Part shown: positions 22,910 through 36,698 of the stretch, piece by piece
How positions within the stretch are numbered: the first letter of the stretch is position 1
Layout of the letters: the number at the start of each line of letters is the position of its first letter
DNA from: an uncultured delta proteobacterium
GTDB taxonomy: Bacteria; Myxococcota_A; Polyangia; Haliangiales; Haliangiaceae
Assembly: GCA_963743525.1 (NCBI GenBank)
Contig: CAVUQH010000003.1
Span: forward strand, 1,152,001 to 1,216,000
Reading direction: 5' to 3'
Length of the DNA stretch: 64,000 nucleotides
The notes under the pieces: generated by a model
The model's database searches: none
What the model saw: the letters and a program-made list of their open reading frames with translations, nothing else
Told to the model about the DNA's origin: nothing
Position numbers and translations under genes: made by a program

Positions 22910-23659
22910 CTAGCGGTGGCGGCCGCCGGCGTCCTCGCTCTCGTCGACCGGTTCGACGTCGATCACGTCGTCCTTGCGGCCTGCCGCCTTGCGGGCGGCC
23001 CGGTCGGCCTTGATCTGGGCCATCCGTTCCTTGTTCTCGGCCCGTCTGGACTGGAAGCCGCCCACCGCGAGCGCGATCAGCGACGGGAGGGCGATGATCC
23101 CGTACGGGCCGGCGAACAAGAAGATGAAGCCGGCCAGGGCCACCATGGCGATGGTCCAGGCGTTGGAGCGCTGGGGCTTCTTGGTGAACCAGACGGCGGC
23201 GCCCGTGATGAGGATCGGCGTCAGCATGATGCCGGCGGCGACGGCCGGGCCCTCCTCGTCGAGCAGCTTGACGTCCTCGTAGATGGTGACCGTGCCGTCG
23301 TCGTTGACGTCGGGCTGGGTGGTCTCGACCCGGGGGTCGTCGGGCTGGACGTCGCGCTGGACCTGCACCGGCGCGAACAGCAGCGTGCCGGCGGCGACGA
23401 TGGTGAACAGGAAGGCCATGAGCACGGCCCGCTGACCGGGGATCGTGTACGGGGAGGGTCGCCGCCCGCGCTTGGTCTTCGTGCCCTTCGTGTCCGAGCT
23501 GGCGTCGGCCTTGGCCGACTTGGCTGCGGCGCGCTGCTCGCTCCGGGACAGCGCCGTGGCTTCACCGGCGTGCGCCGAGCGCGCCCGGCGCGCCTCGCGC
23601 TCCTGGCGGTTCTGGCGATACCGCTTCTGCTTTCCGGGGCGTCGTTTGGAGGAGGCCAC
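22910..23659 (-). CDS. membrane protein with basic N-terminus
   Basis: Arg/Lys-rich N-terminus plus about 4 TM segments. Confidence 0.7.
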   Translation of the reverse strand: MASSKRRPGKQKRYRQNRQEREARRARSAHAGEATALSRSEQRAAAKSAKADASSDTKGTKTKRGRRPSPYTIPGQRAVLMAFLFTIVAAGTLLFAPVQVQRDVQPDDPRVETTQPDVNDDGTVTIYEDVKLLDEEGPAVAAGIMLTPILITGAAVWFTKKPQRSNAWTIAMVALAGFIFLFAGPYGIIALPSLIALAVGGFQSRRAENKERMAQIKADRAARKAAGRKDDVIDVEPVDESEDAGGRHR

Positions 23660-23696
23660 GTACCGACGGTAGGCCGCGGCCGGCGTCCGGCCCCAC

Positions 23697-24329
23697 TCAG
23701 CGCATCCAGGCCGGTCGGAACATGACGCAGATGCGAGGCCCGACGGCACGGTTGGTCTTGGGGATGCCGTGACGCCACGTGCGCTGGATGGTCCCGCCCA
23801 TGGCCAGCAGGTCGCCGTGGCCGAGATCGAACGAGCGGGACGGCCCGCCGGCCACGGGCGAGAGCAGGAACCGGCGGGGAGCGCCGCAGGAGACGGTGGC
23901 CATGACCGAGGTGTCGAGATCGCGAGCGACCTGGTCGCCGTGAGGGGCCACCGAGTCGCGCCCATCGCGGTACAGCGCCATCGTGACGCGGTCGATGGCC
24001 AGGCCGTGCCGTTCGCTCAGCTCCCGGACCGCCTCGTCGAGCACCGGGTGACCGGGCCCGTCGCGCGGTACCGAGGCGGTGAGCCGGGGGACGTCGACCA
24101 TCCGGTCGTACATCGGTCTCCGGCCCGCATGCCAGGTGGTGGTGCCGGTCAGGTGCTCGAGCAGCGTCTGGTCGCCCTCGATCCAGCCCGGGATCCGCTC
24201 GATCCAGGCCCCACCACCCAGAGCGGTGCGCTCGACCGGCGCATCGGCGCGCAGGCGAGGTGCGCCGGTGCCGAACAACGAGCCCTGAAGCGGGGCGTAA
24301 CGGGGTGCATCGACCAGTCCGACAGCCAC
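23697..24329 (-). CDS. alkB: AlkB family 2OG-Fe(II) dioxygenase
   Basis: VPRL, YRDGRDSVAPHGD, HGIPK, RICVMFR. Confidence 0.88.
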   Translation of the reverse strand: MAVGLVDAPRYAPLQGSLFGTGAPRLRADAPVERTALGGGAWIERIPGWIEGDQTLLEHLTGTTTWHAGRRPMYDRMVDVPRLTASVPRDGPGHPVLDEAVRELSERHGLAIDRVTMALYRDGRDSVAPHGDQVARDLDTSVMATVSCGAPRRFLLSPVAGGPSRSFDLGHGDLLAMGGTIQRTWRHGIPKTNRAVGPRICVMFRPAWMR

Positions 24330-24341
24330 GGCTCGACAGTA

Positions 24342-24355
24342 CGAACACGTGTTCG
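24342..24355 (-). promoter_or_regulatory. LexA (SOS) box in the alkB promoter
   Basis: CGAACACGTGTTCG within TTGACG-N17-TACTGT on the minus strand. Confidence 0.88.
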
Positions 24356-24383
24356 GTCCGTCAAGGCGGGCCAGGCGAGGCCG

Positions 24384-24827
24384 TCAGCCGAGCCCGGGGT
24401 CGCCGATCTCGTCGAGCACGAAGATGGTCTGGGTGTTGCGGACCTCGGCGATGGCCTGGATCTGGACCAGCACGACGTCGCGCAGGTGGGCGATGTCGGT
24501 GGCCCGGACGATGGCCGCCAGGTCGAACCCGCCAGTGGTGAAGGCCAGGTACTCGAGCCCGTCGACCTCGAGCAGCCGGTCGCGCACCCGCCGCCAGGCG
24601 TGCTGGTCGACGTTGAGCAACACCAGCGCCACGACGTCGAGGCCGAGCGCGGCGGGATCGACCACGGCGCGGTAGCCGGTGATGACGCCGTCGTCGTGGA
24701 GCCGGGTCAGACGGGTGTGGGCCGTGGCTCGACTGACGTGCACCCGGCTGGCCAGCTCGCGAACGCTCAGCCGACCGTCGGCCAGCAGCTCCTGCACGAT
24801 CCGTCGGTCGATCTCGTCCAGCGCCAT
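24384..24827 (-). CDS. Lrp/AsnC transcriptional regulator
   Basis: LDEIDRRI...DGRLSVRELA...GVITGYRA; divergent from phhA. Confidence 0.92.
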   Translation of the reverse strand: MALDEIDRRIVQELLADGRLSVRELASRVHVSRATAHTRLTRLHDDGVITGYRAVVDPAALGLDVVALVLLNVDQHAWRRVRDRLLEVDGLEYLAFTTGGFDLAAIVRATDIAHLRDVVLVQIQAIAEVRNTQTIFVLDEIGDPGLG

Positions 24828-24859
24828 CCGTCCGTCGCTCCCGCTCACGCACCTCCGTG

Positions 24860-24875
24860 CCAGACGTGCGTCTGG
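24860..24875. promoter_or_regulatory. palindrome between lrp and phhA (candidate operator)
   Basis: CCAGACG-TG-CGTCTGG. Confidence 0.45.
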
Positions 24876-24956
24876 TGCAGAGCGCTTTTCAACGCAAATG
24901 TCTGCCATCTTGGCACATCGGTCGTCGTTGTGTGCGACATCCGTCACACTTGGTGC

Positions 24957-25789
24957 ATGACCGACGTCGCCGTGAGCCTCCCCGCCGATCACCCGGGAGT
25001 CCACGACGCGGCCTACCTCGAGCGGCGGGCGGCCATCGCCCGCGTCGGCGCCGGACACGTCGCCGGCGAGCCGATCCCCGACGTGCACTACACCGCCGAG
25101 GAGGACGAGGTCTGGGCCGTCGTGTCCGCCGAGCTCGCCGGCCTCCACCGCCGGCTCGCCTGCCGGGAGCTGGTCGAGGCGTCCGCGCGCCTGCGGCTGC
25201 CCACCGACCGCGTCCCCCAGCTGCGCGAGGTCGACCAGCGCGTGGCCGAGCTGTCCGACTTCCACATCCGGCCGGTACCCGGCCTGGTGCCGACCCGGGA
25301 GTTCTACGGCGTCGCTCGCCGACCGGACGTTCCTGTCGACGCAGTACATCCGCCACCACTCGGTCCCCTTCTACACACCCGAGCCCGACATCGTGCACGA
25401 GATCGTCGGCCACGCCACGATGCTGGCGTCGCGACGCTTCGCCGACCTGTACGAGGCCGCCGGCCGGGCGTCGCTGCGGGCCACCAGCGACGAGGCGCTC
25501 GACTTCTTCAGCCGGGTGTTCTGGTTCACGCTCGAGTTCGGCGTCGTCCGCGAAGACGACGAGGTGAAGGCGTGGGTGCCGGCCTGCTGTCGTCCTACGG
25601 CGAGATCCAGGTCTTCCACGACGCCGAGATCCGCCCTGGGACATCCGGGCCATGGGCACCACCGACTACGACATCACCGTGTACCAGCCGGTGCTGTTCG
25701 CCGCGCCGAGCATCGACGCCATGTTCGACGAGCTGACCACCTTCTTCGAGTCCTACGACGACGCCACCTACCGCCGGGAGTACGCATGA
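24957..25789 (+). CDS. phhA: phenylalanine 4-monooxygenase (frameshifted)
   Basis: PVPGLVP, TQYIRH, YTPEPDIVHEIVGH, WFTLEFG, GAGLLSSYGE. Confidence 0.92.
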
Positions 25790-26932
25790 CCACGCTCGAA
25801 CGCACCACCACCCATCCGGACGACGGCCCCCGCCGCCCGCATCCGGGGCTGGGACTGCCTCGAGTTCTGGGTGGGCAACGCCCGCACCACCGCCGGCTTC
25901 CTGATGTCGGCGTTCGGGTTCACGCTGCACCGGCTACGCCGGACCGGAGACCGGCGTGCGCGACCGGGTCAGCTACGTGCTCGAGCAGGGCGACATCCGC
26001 TTCGTGGTCTCCGGCGCGCTCGACGCCGACTCGCCGATCGCCGCCCACGTGCGCCCCCACGGCGACGGCGTCCGCGACCTGGCCTTCCTCGTCGACGACG
26101 TCGACGCCGCCTACGCCGCCGCCGTGGCCCGCGGCGCCCGACGCCGGTGCGCGAGCCGTGGGACGAGCAGGACGAGCACGGCACGATGCGCCGGCGCCGG
26201 GTCGCCACCTACGGCGAGACCGTGCACACCTTCGTCGACCGCGGCCGCTACGACGGCCCCGTTCGCGCCCGGCTTCACGCCGACCGACCTGCCGCCCGAC
26301 GCCGGTCGGGCCCGAGGTCGGCCTCGCCGGCATCGACCACGTCGTGGGCAACGTGCCGAACAGGGCAGCCTCGACACGTGGGTCGACTTCTACGAGCAGG
26401 TCTTCGGCTTCGACGCAGCTCGACCCACTTCGACGACGACCAGATCTCCACCGAGTACTCGGCGCTCATGTCCACGGTGGTGTGGGACGGCTCGAAGATC
26501 GTGCATGCCCATCAACGAGCCGGCCGACGGCCGCAGGAAGAGCCAGATCGAGGAGTACCTCGAGTGCTACGGCGGCCCCGGCGTGCAGCACATCGCCCTG
26601 CCACCGCCGACATCGTGGCCACGGTCGACGGCGCTGCGGGCCGCGGGGCGTGCGCTTCATGCAGGTGCCCGACACCTACTACGCCGAGGCCAAGGAGCGG
26701 ATGGCCGACTTCGACCTGCCGTGGGACGACCTCGCAGCGGCTGCGGCATCCTCGTCGACCGCGACGCACGACGGCTACCTGCTCCAGATCTTCACCGAGA
26801 CCGTCACCGACCGGCCCACCGTGTTCTTCGAGATCATCGAGCGGCACGGGGCGCAGCGGCTTCGGCGAGGGCAACTTCAAGGCCCTGTTCGAGGCCATCG
26901 AGCGCGAGCAGGCCCGCCGCGGCAACCTGTGA
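25786..26932 (+). CDS. hppD: 4-hydroxyphenylpyruvate dioxygenase (frameshifted)
   Basis: [39 protein letters not shown]. Confidence 0.93.
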
Positions 26933-28073
26933 GCCGGACTGCCGATGTGGCGGCCGGCGTGGCCCACGCCTACGGGGTGATCCGGCCGGCGCCCGGCCAT
27001 CCGCCACGCATCGCCGTCCGTCGCGGCAACCGCGTGGTCGACCTGCGCGACGTCCCGGGCGTGCCCGCCGCCGTCGCCGGCGCCCACTCGCTGACGCCGC
27101 TGCTCGACCTCGGACGCCAGGGGTGGGACGACATCGACGGCGCGGTCACCACCCACCTCCCGGATCTGGCAGCCGCAGCGGAACATCGGATCGACGACGT
27201 GCGGGTCGTGCTTCCCGTCCGGCCCCGTGACTACGTCGACTTCTACGCCTCCGAGCACCACGCCACCAACGTCGGGCGGCTGTTCCGGCCCGACGGCGAT
27301 CCGCTGCTGCCCAACTGGCGGCACGTGCCCGTCGGCTACCACGGCCGCGCCGGATCGCTGGTCGTCTCGGGTACGCCGGTCCGGCGACCGTCCGGCGTCC
27401 TGGAGCCGGGCGTCTTCGGGCCGTGCCGGCGCCTCGACCTCGAGCTCGAGCTCGGCTTCGTCGGTCGGCACCACGGTGCCGATGGGCACGGCCGTGCGGC
27501 CCGACGAGGCCGACCGGCCACGTGTTCGGCGTGGTGCTGGTCAACGACTGGTCGGCCCGCGACATCCAGGCCTTCGAGTACCAGCCGCTGGGCCCGTTCG
27601 CCGGCAAGAGCTTCGCCACGTCGATCGGTGGATGGATCACGCCGCTGTCCGCGCTGTCGCTGGTGGCCGGCCCCAACCAGGATCCTGCGCCGGTCGAGTC
27701 CCTGCGGGCCGAGCGCGACTGGGCGGTGGACCTCGAGGTGGCCTGGTCCGTCAACGGCACCGAGCTCGGCCGCACCAACGCCCGCCACCTGTACTGGAGC
27801 TTCGCCCAGCAGCTCGCCCACCTGACGGCCAACGGCGCCGGCGTGCACCGCGGCGACCTGTTCGCCTCGGGCACCATCTCCGGGCCGGGGCCCGACGAGG
27901 TCGGCTGCCTGCTCGAGCGCACCCGCAACGGCGCCGAACCCATCGAGCTCGACGACGGCTCCACCCGCACCTGGCTCGAGGACGGCGACGAGGTGACGCT
28001 CACGGCCACGTGGTCGGGCGGCTCGCTCGCCGAGGTCACGGGTACGGTCCAACCAGCCCAGGAGGTCCGCTGA
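26929..28073 (+). CDS. fahA: fumarylacetoacetase (frameshifted)
   Basis: [45 protein letters not shown]. Confidence 0.92.
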
Positions 28074-29282
28074 TGCCCCACTACCGCCGGGTCGGAACGA
28101 TCCCCCGCAAGCGTCACATCAAGGCCTACGACGCCGACGGCAACCGCCTGGCCGAGGAGTTGTTCGGCACCGAGGGCTTCCACCGCGAGTCGGCGCTGCT
28201 CTACCACCGGCACTCGCCGTCGGCGATCCACGCCGCCGAACCCATCCCCGATCCTGCTTCTGGGGTGCAGATCCCGCGCCCTGACGCGGGATCTGCACCC
28301 CAGAACGGTCAGGAAGGTCGGGGACGGCCCGGACCGAGGCACTTCCGAACCGGCGAGCTCGCGGCGACGTCGGATCTGGTGACCGGACGCCACCGCTTGC
28401 TGGCCAACGCCGACGTGACCATCGCGTTCGCTCGGGTCAGCGACCCGTCCCCGCTGTACCGCTCCGCCGTCGGCGACGAGCTGGTCTACGTGCACGAGGG
28501 CGCGGCCACGCTCGAGTCGGTGTTCGGCGCCCTCGAGGTGACCGCCGGCGACTACGTGGTGGTGCCCGCCGGCACGACGCACCGCTGGATGCCGGCCGCG
28601 GGCGGCGTCGCCGCGTTGGTCGTCGAGTCGAGCGGCCACGTCCGGATCCCCGACAAGTACCTGACCGCGCACGGCCAGCTGGCCGAGGGGTCGCCGTACT
28701 CCGAGCGCGACCTGCGGGCGCCGGCCGAGCCGCTGCTGGCCGAGGGCGACGATGTCCCCGTCTTCGTACGAACCGCAGCCGGGTGGGTCTGCTACCGGCA
28801 CGCCACCCACCCCTTCGACGTGGTCGGCTGGGACGGCTACCTCTACCCCCACGCCCTGGCCATCTCCGACTTCGAGCCGATCGTCGGGCGCATCCACCAG
28901 CCCCCGCCGCGTGCACCAGACGTGGCAGCTGCCCGGTGCGGTCGTGTGCTCGTTCGTGCCCCGCCCCTTCGATCTCGACCCCGATGCCGTCCGTGTGCCC
29001 TACCACCACCACAACGTGGACAGCGACGAGATCCTGTTCTACGCCGACGGCGACTTCATGAGCCGGGCCGGTTCGGGCATCGGCGTCGGGTCGATCTCGT
29101 ATCACCCGGCCGGGTTCGTGCACGGGCCGCAACCGGGTTCGTCCGAGCGCGCCGATGCCGCCGCGGCCGACGGCAACGGCACCCGGGAGACGGCGGTGAT
29201 GATCGACACGTTCCAGCCGTTGCAGGTGCTGGATGCGGCCGCCGGCATCGACGTGCCCGACTACTTCCGTTCCTGGGGATAG
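28073..29282 (+). CDS. hmgA: homogentisate 1,2-dioxygenase (one frameshift; palindromic insert)
   Basis: PRKRH, SPYSERD, HPFDVVGWDG, PYHHHNVDSDE, HGPQPG, AVMIDTF. Confidence 0.92.
28258..28305. repeat. 48-nt intragenic hairpin with perfect 21-bp stem
   Basis: TTCTGGGGTGCAGATCCCGCG-CCCTGA-CGCGGGATCTGCACCCCAGAA. Confidence 0.9.
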
Positions 29283-29291
29283 GCTCGTCCC

Positions 29292-29570
29292 GTGGGGCGG
29301 GAAGACGAGATCAGAGGGACCTTCCAGACGGCCGACCACCGGCGCGTCGAGGTCGTGATCCCCGATGAGGACGCCTTCGAGGCGCTCCGCGACGCCCTCG
29401 GCGACCCGGTCTGGCTGGTGGGTGCCACCTGGGAGGTGCTCACCACCAACGACTTCAAGCGGGGCCGGTTCGAGGACGCGTTCGGGGCGTGGGCCGAGCG
29501 CCAGGACAGTGGCGAGCTCACCGCCACGTTGGGCGCCGCCGGCATCACCGTGGTGCCGATGCCGGGCTGA
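29292..29570 (+). CDS. hypothetical protein (92 aa)
   Basis: GC3-rich ORF; TAGGCT 6 nt before GTG. Confidence 0.65.
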   Translation: MGREDEIRGTFQTADHRRVEVVIPDEDAFEALRDALGDPVWLVGATWEVLTTNDFKRGRFEDAFGAWAERQDSGELTATLGAAGITVVPMPG

Positions 29571-29575
29571 GGCCC

Positions 29576-33097
<3,522 letters not shown>

Positions 33098-33113
33098 GCC
33101 GATCGACTGTATC

Positions 33114-33127
33114 CGAACATGTGTTCG
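33114..33127 (-). promoter_or_regulatory. LexA (SOS) box upstream of dnaE2
   Basis: CGAACATGTGTTCG within the 20-nt near-palindrome 33111-33130; TACAGT adjacent. Confidence 0.88.
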
Positions 33128-33142
33128 GATGGAACCCCGAGG

Positions 33143-34030
33143 CTAGGCGGTGACCCGTTCGGCGACCTCGGCAGCAACGGCGTCGGCGCCGTGCCCGGTC
33201 AGCAGGACGGTGTAGTGGTTCACCCCGGCGATTCGGGTGGTCGTCACTTCGAGATGGGCGGCGGCGAACGCCTCCAGCTGCTCGTCGGCGTACAGCGGCG
33301 GAGCGTCGTCGGCCAGCAACCCGTGCTCGGCGGCGAGGAAGGTGGTGGGGGTGTCGAGCGCGGCGATCGCCTGCTCGACATCGTCGTGGATCAGCTCGGA
33401 CTCGCCGTCGCGCAGGACGGCCTCCTCGTTGGCTCCCGGCCGCAGCTCGGGCTCCTCGCCGACGAGGTCCTCGTCGACGTAGGCCTCGATGATCGGGTTC
33501 CAGTGGTCGCACAGCGCCGGGTGGTTCCGCCACAGCTCCCGGTACGCCTCCCTCGTGGGGAAGGTCATGCGCAACCGCTCGAGCGCGGGACCGATCACCG
33601 CACCGACCAGCTCGACCGCCGGGAGCTCGCGCATTTCCACGGGCAGGTCGAGCGGCACGCCACCGTCGACGAGCACGAGCTCACGCACCCGGTCGGCGTG
33701 ACGGTCGGCGGCCACCACACCGACGAACCCACCCATCGAGTGCCCGAGCACGACCGCGTCATCGACCTCGGCGGTGTCGAGGACCCGGACGAGGTCGTCG
33801 GCGTGCTCGGCGATCGAGAACGGTCCTGTGATGTCGCGCGAGCCGCCGCGTCCGCGGAGATCGGGAGCCAGCACCCGGAGACCGGGGAGGCGCTCGGCCA
33901 GCGCCCGGAAGCTGCGGCCGTGCGCGGTGATGCCGTGGAGGGCGACGACCACCGGTGCGGTGGACGGACCCCAATCCCAGACCTGCAGCGACCCACCGGT
34001 GGTCTCCACGCTGAACGATCGATCGGCCAT
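33143..34030 (-). CDS. alpha/beta hydrolase
   Basis: Intact; HGIT, DLRGRG, GHSMG, NHY. Confidence 0.9.
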   Translation of the reverse strand: MADRSFSVETTGGSLQVWDWGPSTAPVVVALHGITAHGRSFRALAERLPGLRVLAPDLRGRGGSRDITGPFSIAEHADDLVRVLDTAEVDDAVVLGHSMGGFVGVVAADRHADRVRELVLVDGGVPLDLPVEMRELPAVELVGAVIGPALERLRMTFPTREAYRELWRNHPALCDHWNPIIEAYVDEDLVGEEPELRPGANEEAVLRDGESELIHDDVEQAIAALDTPTTFLAAEHGLLADDAPPLYADEQLEAFAAAHLEVTTTRIAGVNHYTVLLTGHGADAVAAEVAERVTA

Positions 34031-34143
34031 CTCTCTCCACTCCCGATCCCGCCGGACACGTCACCCTGGCCTGCCCCGGAACCTGAGCGTAGGAGGAACG
34101 AGCCGACCATGCATCCGGCGTGAAGAATCCGCTCCTCTCGCCG

Positions 34144-34183
34144 GACGAATGCGGAGCATTCGTCAACGAACCCGAAGGGTTCG
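34144..34183. repeat. two tandem hairpins after the imuB stop
   Basis: GACGAATGC-GGA-GCATTCGTC and CGAACCC-GAA-GGGTTCG. Confidence 0.7.
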
Positions 34184-34184
34184 C

Positions 34185-35826
34185 CTAGTCGTAGGTCGCG
34201 GTGAGGGACCAGCGGCCACCCTCGAGCACCAGGAGGTGGGCGGTGCCGTCGTCGACCACCACCTGAAACCGGACCCGGCGGGAGTGGCGGTCGGGATCCC
34301 ACCACCGCTCGTCGACCGGCCAGGGCCCGGCCCAGGACGTGATGCGCCGGCGACCGCTCCCACCGCGGACCGAGGGGAAGCGCACCTCGGTGGGATCCGA
34401 GGTCAGCTGGCAGCGACCGTCGACCACGACGACCCGGCCCCGGGCGTCGACGACATCGACCCGGACGGGCACGTGGTGCAGTGACGCCGGCGACGGGTTG
34501 GGCAACCGTCCGGGCCACGGCGGCACCCCCGTTCCCGGTTCGCACGACCAGGACCGACCGGATCCGGTCGGTTCTGGTCGTGTGAAGCCATCGGTCGGTG
34601 GCGGCGGCCGGGACCAACCGGAGCTGCTCGGAGGGGTCGCGCCCGCCGGCGCACTCGGGCACCACCACCGCCTCGGTGCCGAGCAGGCCCTGCACCCGGG
34701 CGATGGCCCGCACGGCCCGGTCGCCGGCGCCGGTGTCGGCCCCCCAGAACCCGAGCTGGCGACCGGTGGCGGCCACGATCTCCTCGGGCTGCAGCCACAG
34801 CGACACGATGCCGGCGGTGGGGCGGCGGCGGACGTTGGCGTGGAGCCAGCCGTCGAGCTGCCAGCGGACCCGGTCGGCGATGGCGGCCGCGGTCAGCGCG
34901 CCGCCCGTCTCGGTGCTGGCGTGGCTCCACACCCGCTCGGAGCGCTCGCCGTGCTCGGTCTCGGCCCCGACCACGATGCGGGTGCACACCGAGCCCCGGG
35001 CCTCGAGCCGGCGGTGGAGCTCGTCGGCGAGGCCCCGGGCGACGAAGGCGGCCGGGGCCGACCTGCTCGGCCGGCGGGTCGAGCTCGGCCCGGACCTGCA
35101 GGTCGTCCGGCGGCGGCGGTGGTGGCCGGTGGCCGGGCATCGAGCCCCCGGGCCAGGCGGTGGGCCCCGAGACCGTCGGCGCCGAAGCGCCCGAGCACGT
35201 CGGCGGCGGGCAGCGCGGCGAAGTCGCCCAGCGTGCGCAGGCCGAGCCGGCCGAGGACGTCGACCAGCTCGGGGCGTTCGAGGGCGCGCAGCGGCAGCGG
35301 AGCCAGGTACCCGGGCGTTCGCCCCGGTGACACCACGTGGACCGCCGACCCCGCCGGCGGCCGGCCGGTGCGGGCGGCGTGGGCGGCGGCGAAGGGGCCG
35401 TCGGCCACGCCCACGGCCACGGCCACGCCCGGCGGCACGACTTCGGCGACCACGTCCACGGCCCGGTGCGCCAGGGCGGTGTCGCCGCCGAAGTAGCGGG
35501 ACGGGCCCCGGGTGGGGAAGGCGCAACGGCCCGGGCGGGTCACCTCGATGCGGGGGGTGAGGGCCTCGAGCGCCAGCACCACCGGCTCGAAGGCTCGGGC
35601 GTCGCGGTCGGGGTCGTGGGCGAGCACCTGCAACGACGGGCATCGGGCCTGGGCCTCGCGCCGGCGCTGGTGGCGGCGGACGTCGGCGGCCCGGGCCGCC
35701 GGCGTGCAGGCCACGACCCGGTTGGCCACGAACACCGCAGCCGGTTGGTCGAGCGGCGACGCCGGCGGCCACCAGCGGCCAATCGGGCACCCAGACCACC
35801 ATGGTGCGCACCGGCTCGTCGATCAT
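34185..35826 (-). CDS. imuB: ImuB (inactive Y-family polymerase), frameshifted
   Basis: PDWP, REAQARCP, ARAFEPV, LGLRTLGDFA, RVRWQLDGW, PWPGRLP, GPWPVDERWW. Confidence 0.9.
34539..34586. repeat. 48-nt intragenic near-perfect palindrome
   Basis: TTCGCACGACCAGGACCGACCGGA/TCCGGTCGGTTCTGGTCGTGTGAA; 22 of 24 pairs, 2 G-T. Confidence 0.85.
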
Positions 35827-35839
35827 CGGACGGCTCCGC

Positions 35840-36631
35840 TCACCCGGCGACCGGATGGTTCCGGCGCAGGGGCACGGGAGCGGGCAGGACCGGCTCGACC
35901 TCGCCGTCGGCGGACGGCAACCACAGCTGCGCCCGGCGCGGGCGCGCCGCCTGGCGCCGACCCCCGCCCTCGACGGTGACCCGCCGGGCCCGGAGGTACC
36001 CGTGCCCCTCCCCCAGGCCCTCCCACACGGCGTCGGTGACGTGCAGCTCGACCTCGGACCGTTCGGGCCAGGACCCGGCCGGCCGGGGCGCACCCGGCAC
36101 CCGGGGCGTCACCAGGACCAGCACCGCACCCCGCTCGCGGGTACGGGCCAGGAGCCGGCGGGCATCGGAGGGCCGGACCCGGCGATCGGTGTGGACCAGG
36201 ACGACCTCGAAGGCGTCGACCAGGGCGGCGACCACCGACGGCCAGGCATCGCCGTCGGCGTCGCGGGAAGCCTCATCGGGGGAACCCGAGTCGTGGGGAT
36301 CGGCGACCAGCACCAGCCGGTGGAGGGCCACGCCGAGCTCGGCCGCGGCCAGCAGACCGAGCGAGGGGAACCCCACGGCAGCCACCCACGCCCCGTCCTG
36401 GGAGGGACGGGCGGCGGTGGCCAACGCCAGCGAGGTCGCCGCCGGACCGTCGACCGCCAGCGTGGTCCCCCGCCGCAGACCGCCCGGGAGCAGCTCGTCG
36501 AGCGCGGGGAGCACCTCCAGGCGCTGCTCGCCGGCCAGGGTGGTGGGGCGCACCCGTTCGGAGAGACGACCCAGCGTCGAGCCGTCGTCGTGGCGCACCA
36601 ACGTGCGAGCGAGGTCCTCGGCCCGACCCAT
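35840..36631 (-). CDS. imuA: ImuA' (RecA-like mutasome accessory protein)
   Basis: LLPGGLRRG, SLGLLAAAELGV, RRLLARTRERG, WEGLGEGHGYL; upstream of imuB. Confidence 0.88.
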   Translation of the reverse strand: MGRAEDLARTLVRHDDGSTLGRLSERVRPTTLAGEQRLEVLPALDELLPGGLRRGTTLAVDGPAATSLALATAARPSQDGAWVAAVGFPSLGLLAAAELGVALHRLVLVADPHDSGSPDEASRDADGDAWPSVVAALVDAFEVVLVHTDRRVRPSDARRLLARTRERGAVLVLVTPRVPGAPRPAGSWPERSEVELHVTDAVWEGLGEGHGYLRARRVTVEGGGRRQAARPRRAQLWLPSADGEVEPVLPAPVPLRRNHPVAG

Positions 36632-36641
36632 GACGCCAGTA

Positions 36642-36657
36642 TCGAACACCTGTTCGA
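36642..36657 (-). promoter_or_regulatory. LexA (SOS) box in the imuA' promoter
   Basis: TCGAACACCTGTTCGA within TTGACG-N18-GATACT on the minus strand. Confidence 0.9.
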
Positions 36658-36690
36658 CCGGCGTCAACCAGGCGACCGGCGTCAACCGGG
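36655..36690. repeat. 18-bp tandem duplication containing the imuA' -35 element
   Basis: CGACCGGCGTCAACCAGG / CGACCGGCGTCAACCGGG. Confidence 0.8.
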
Positions 36691-36698
36691 CAGAACGA

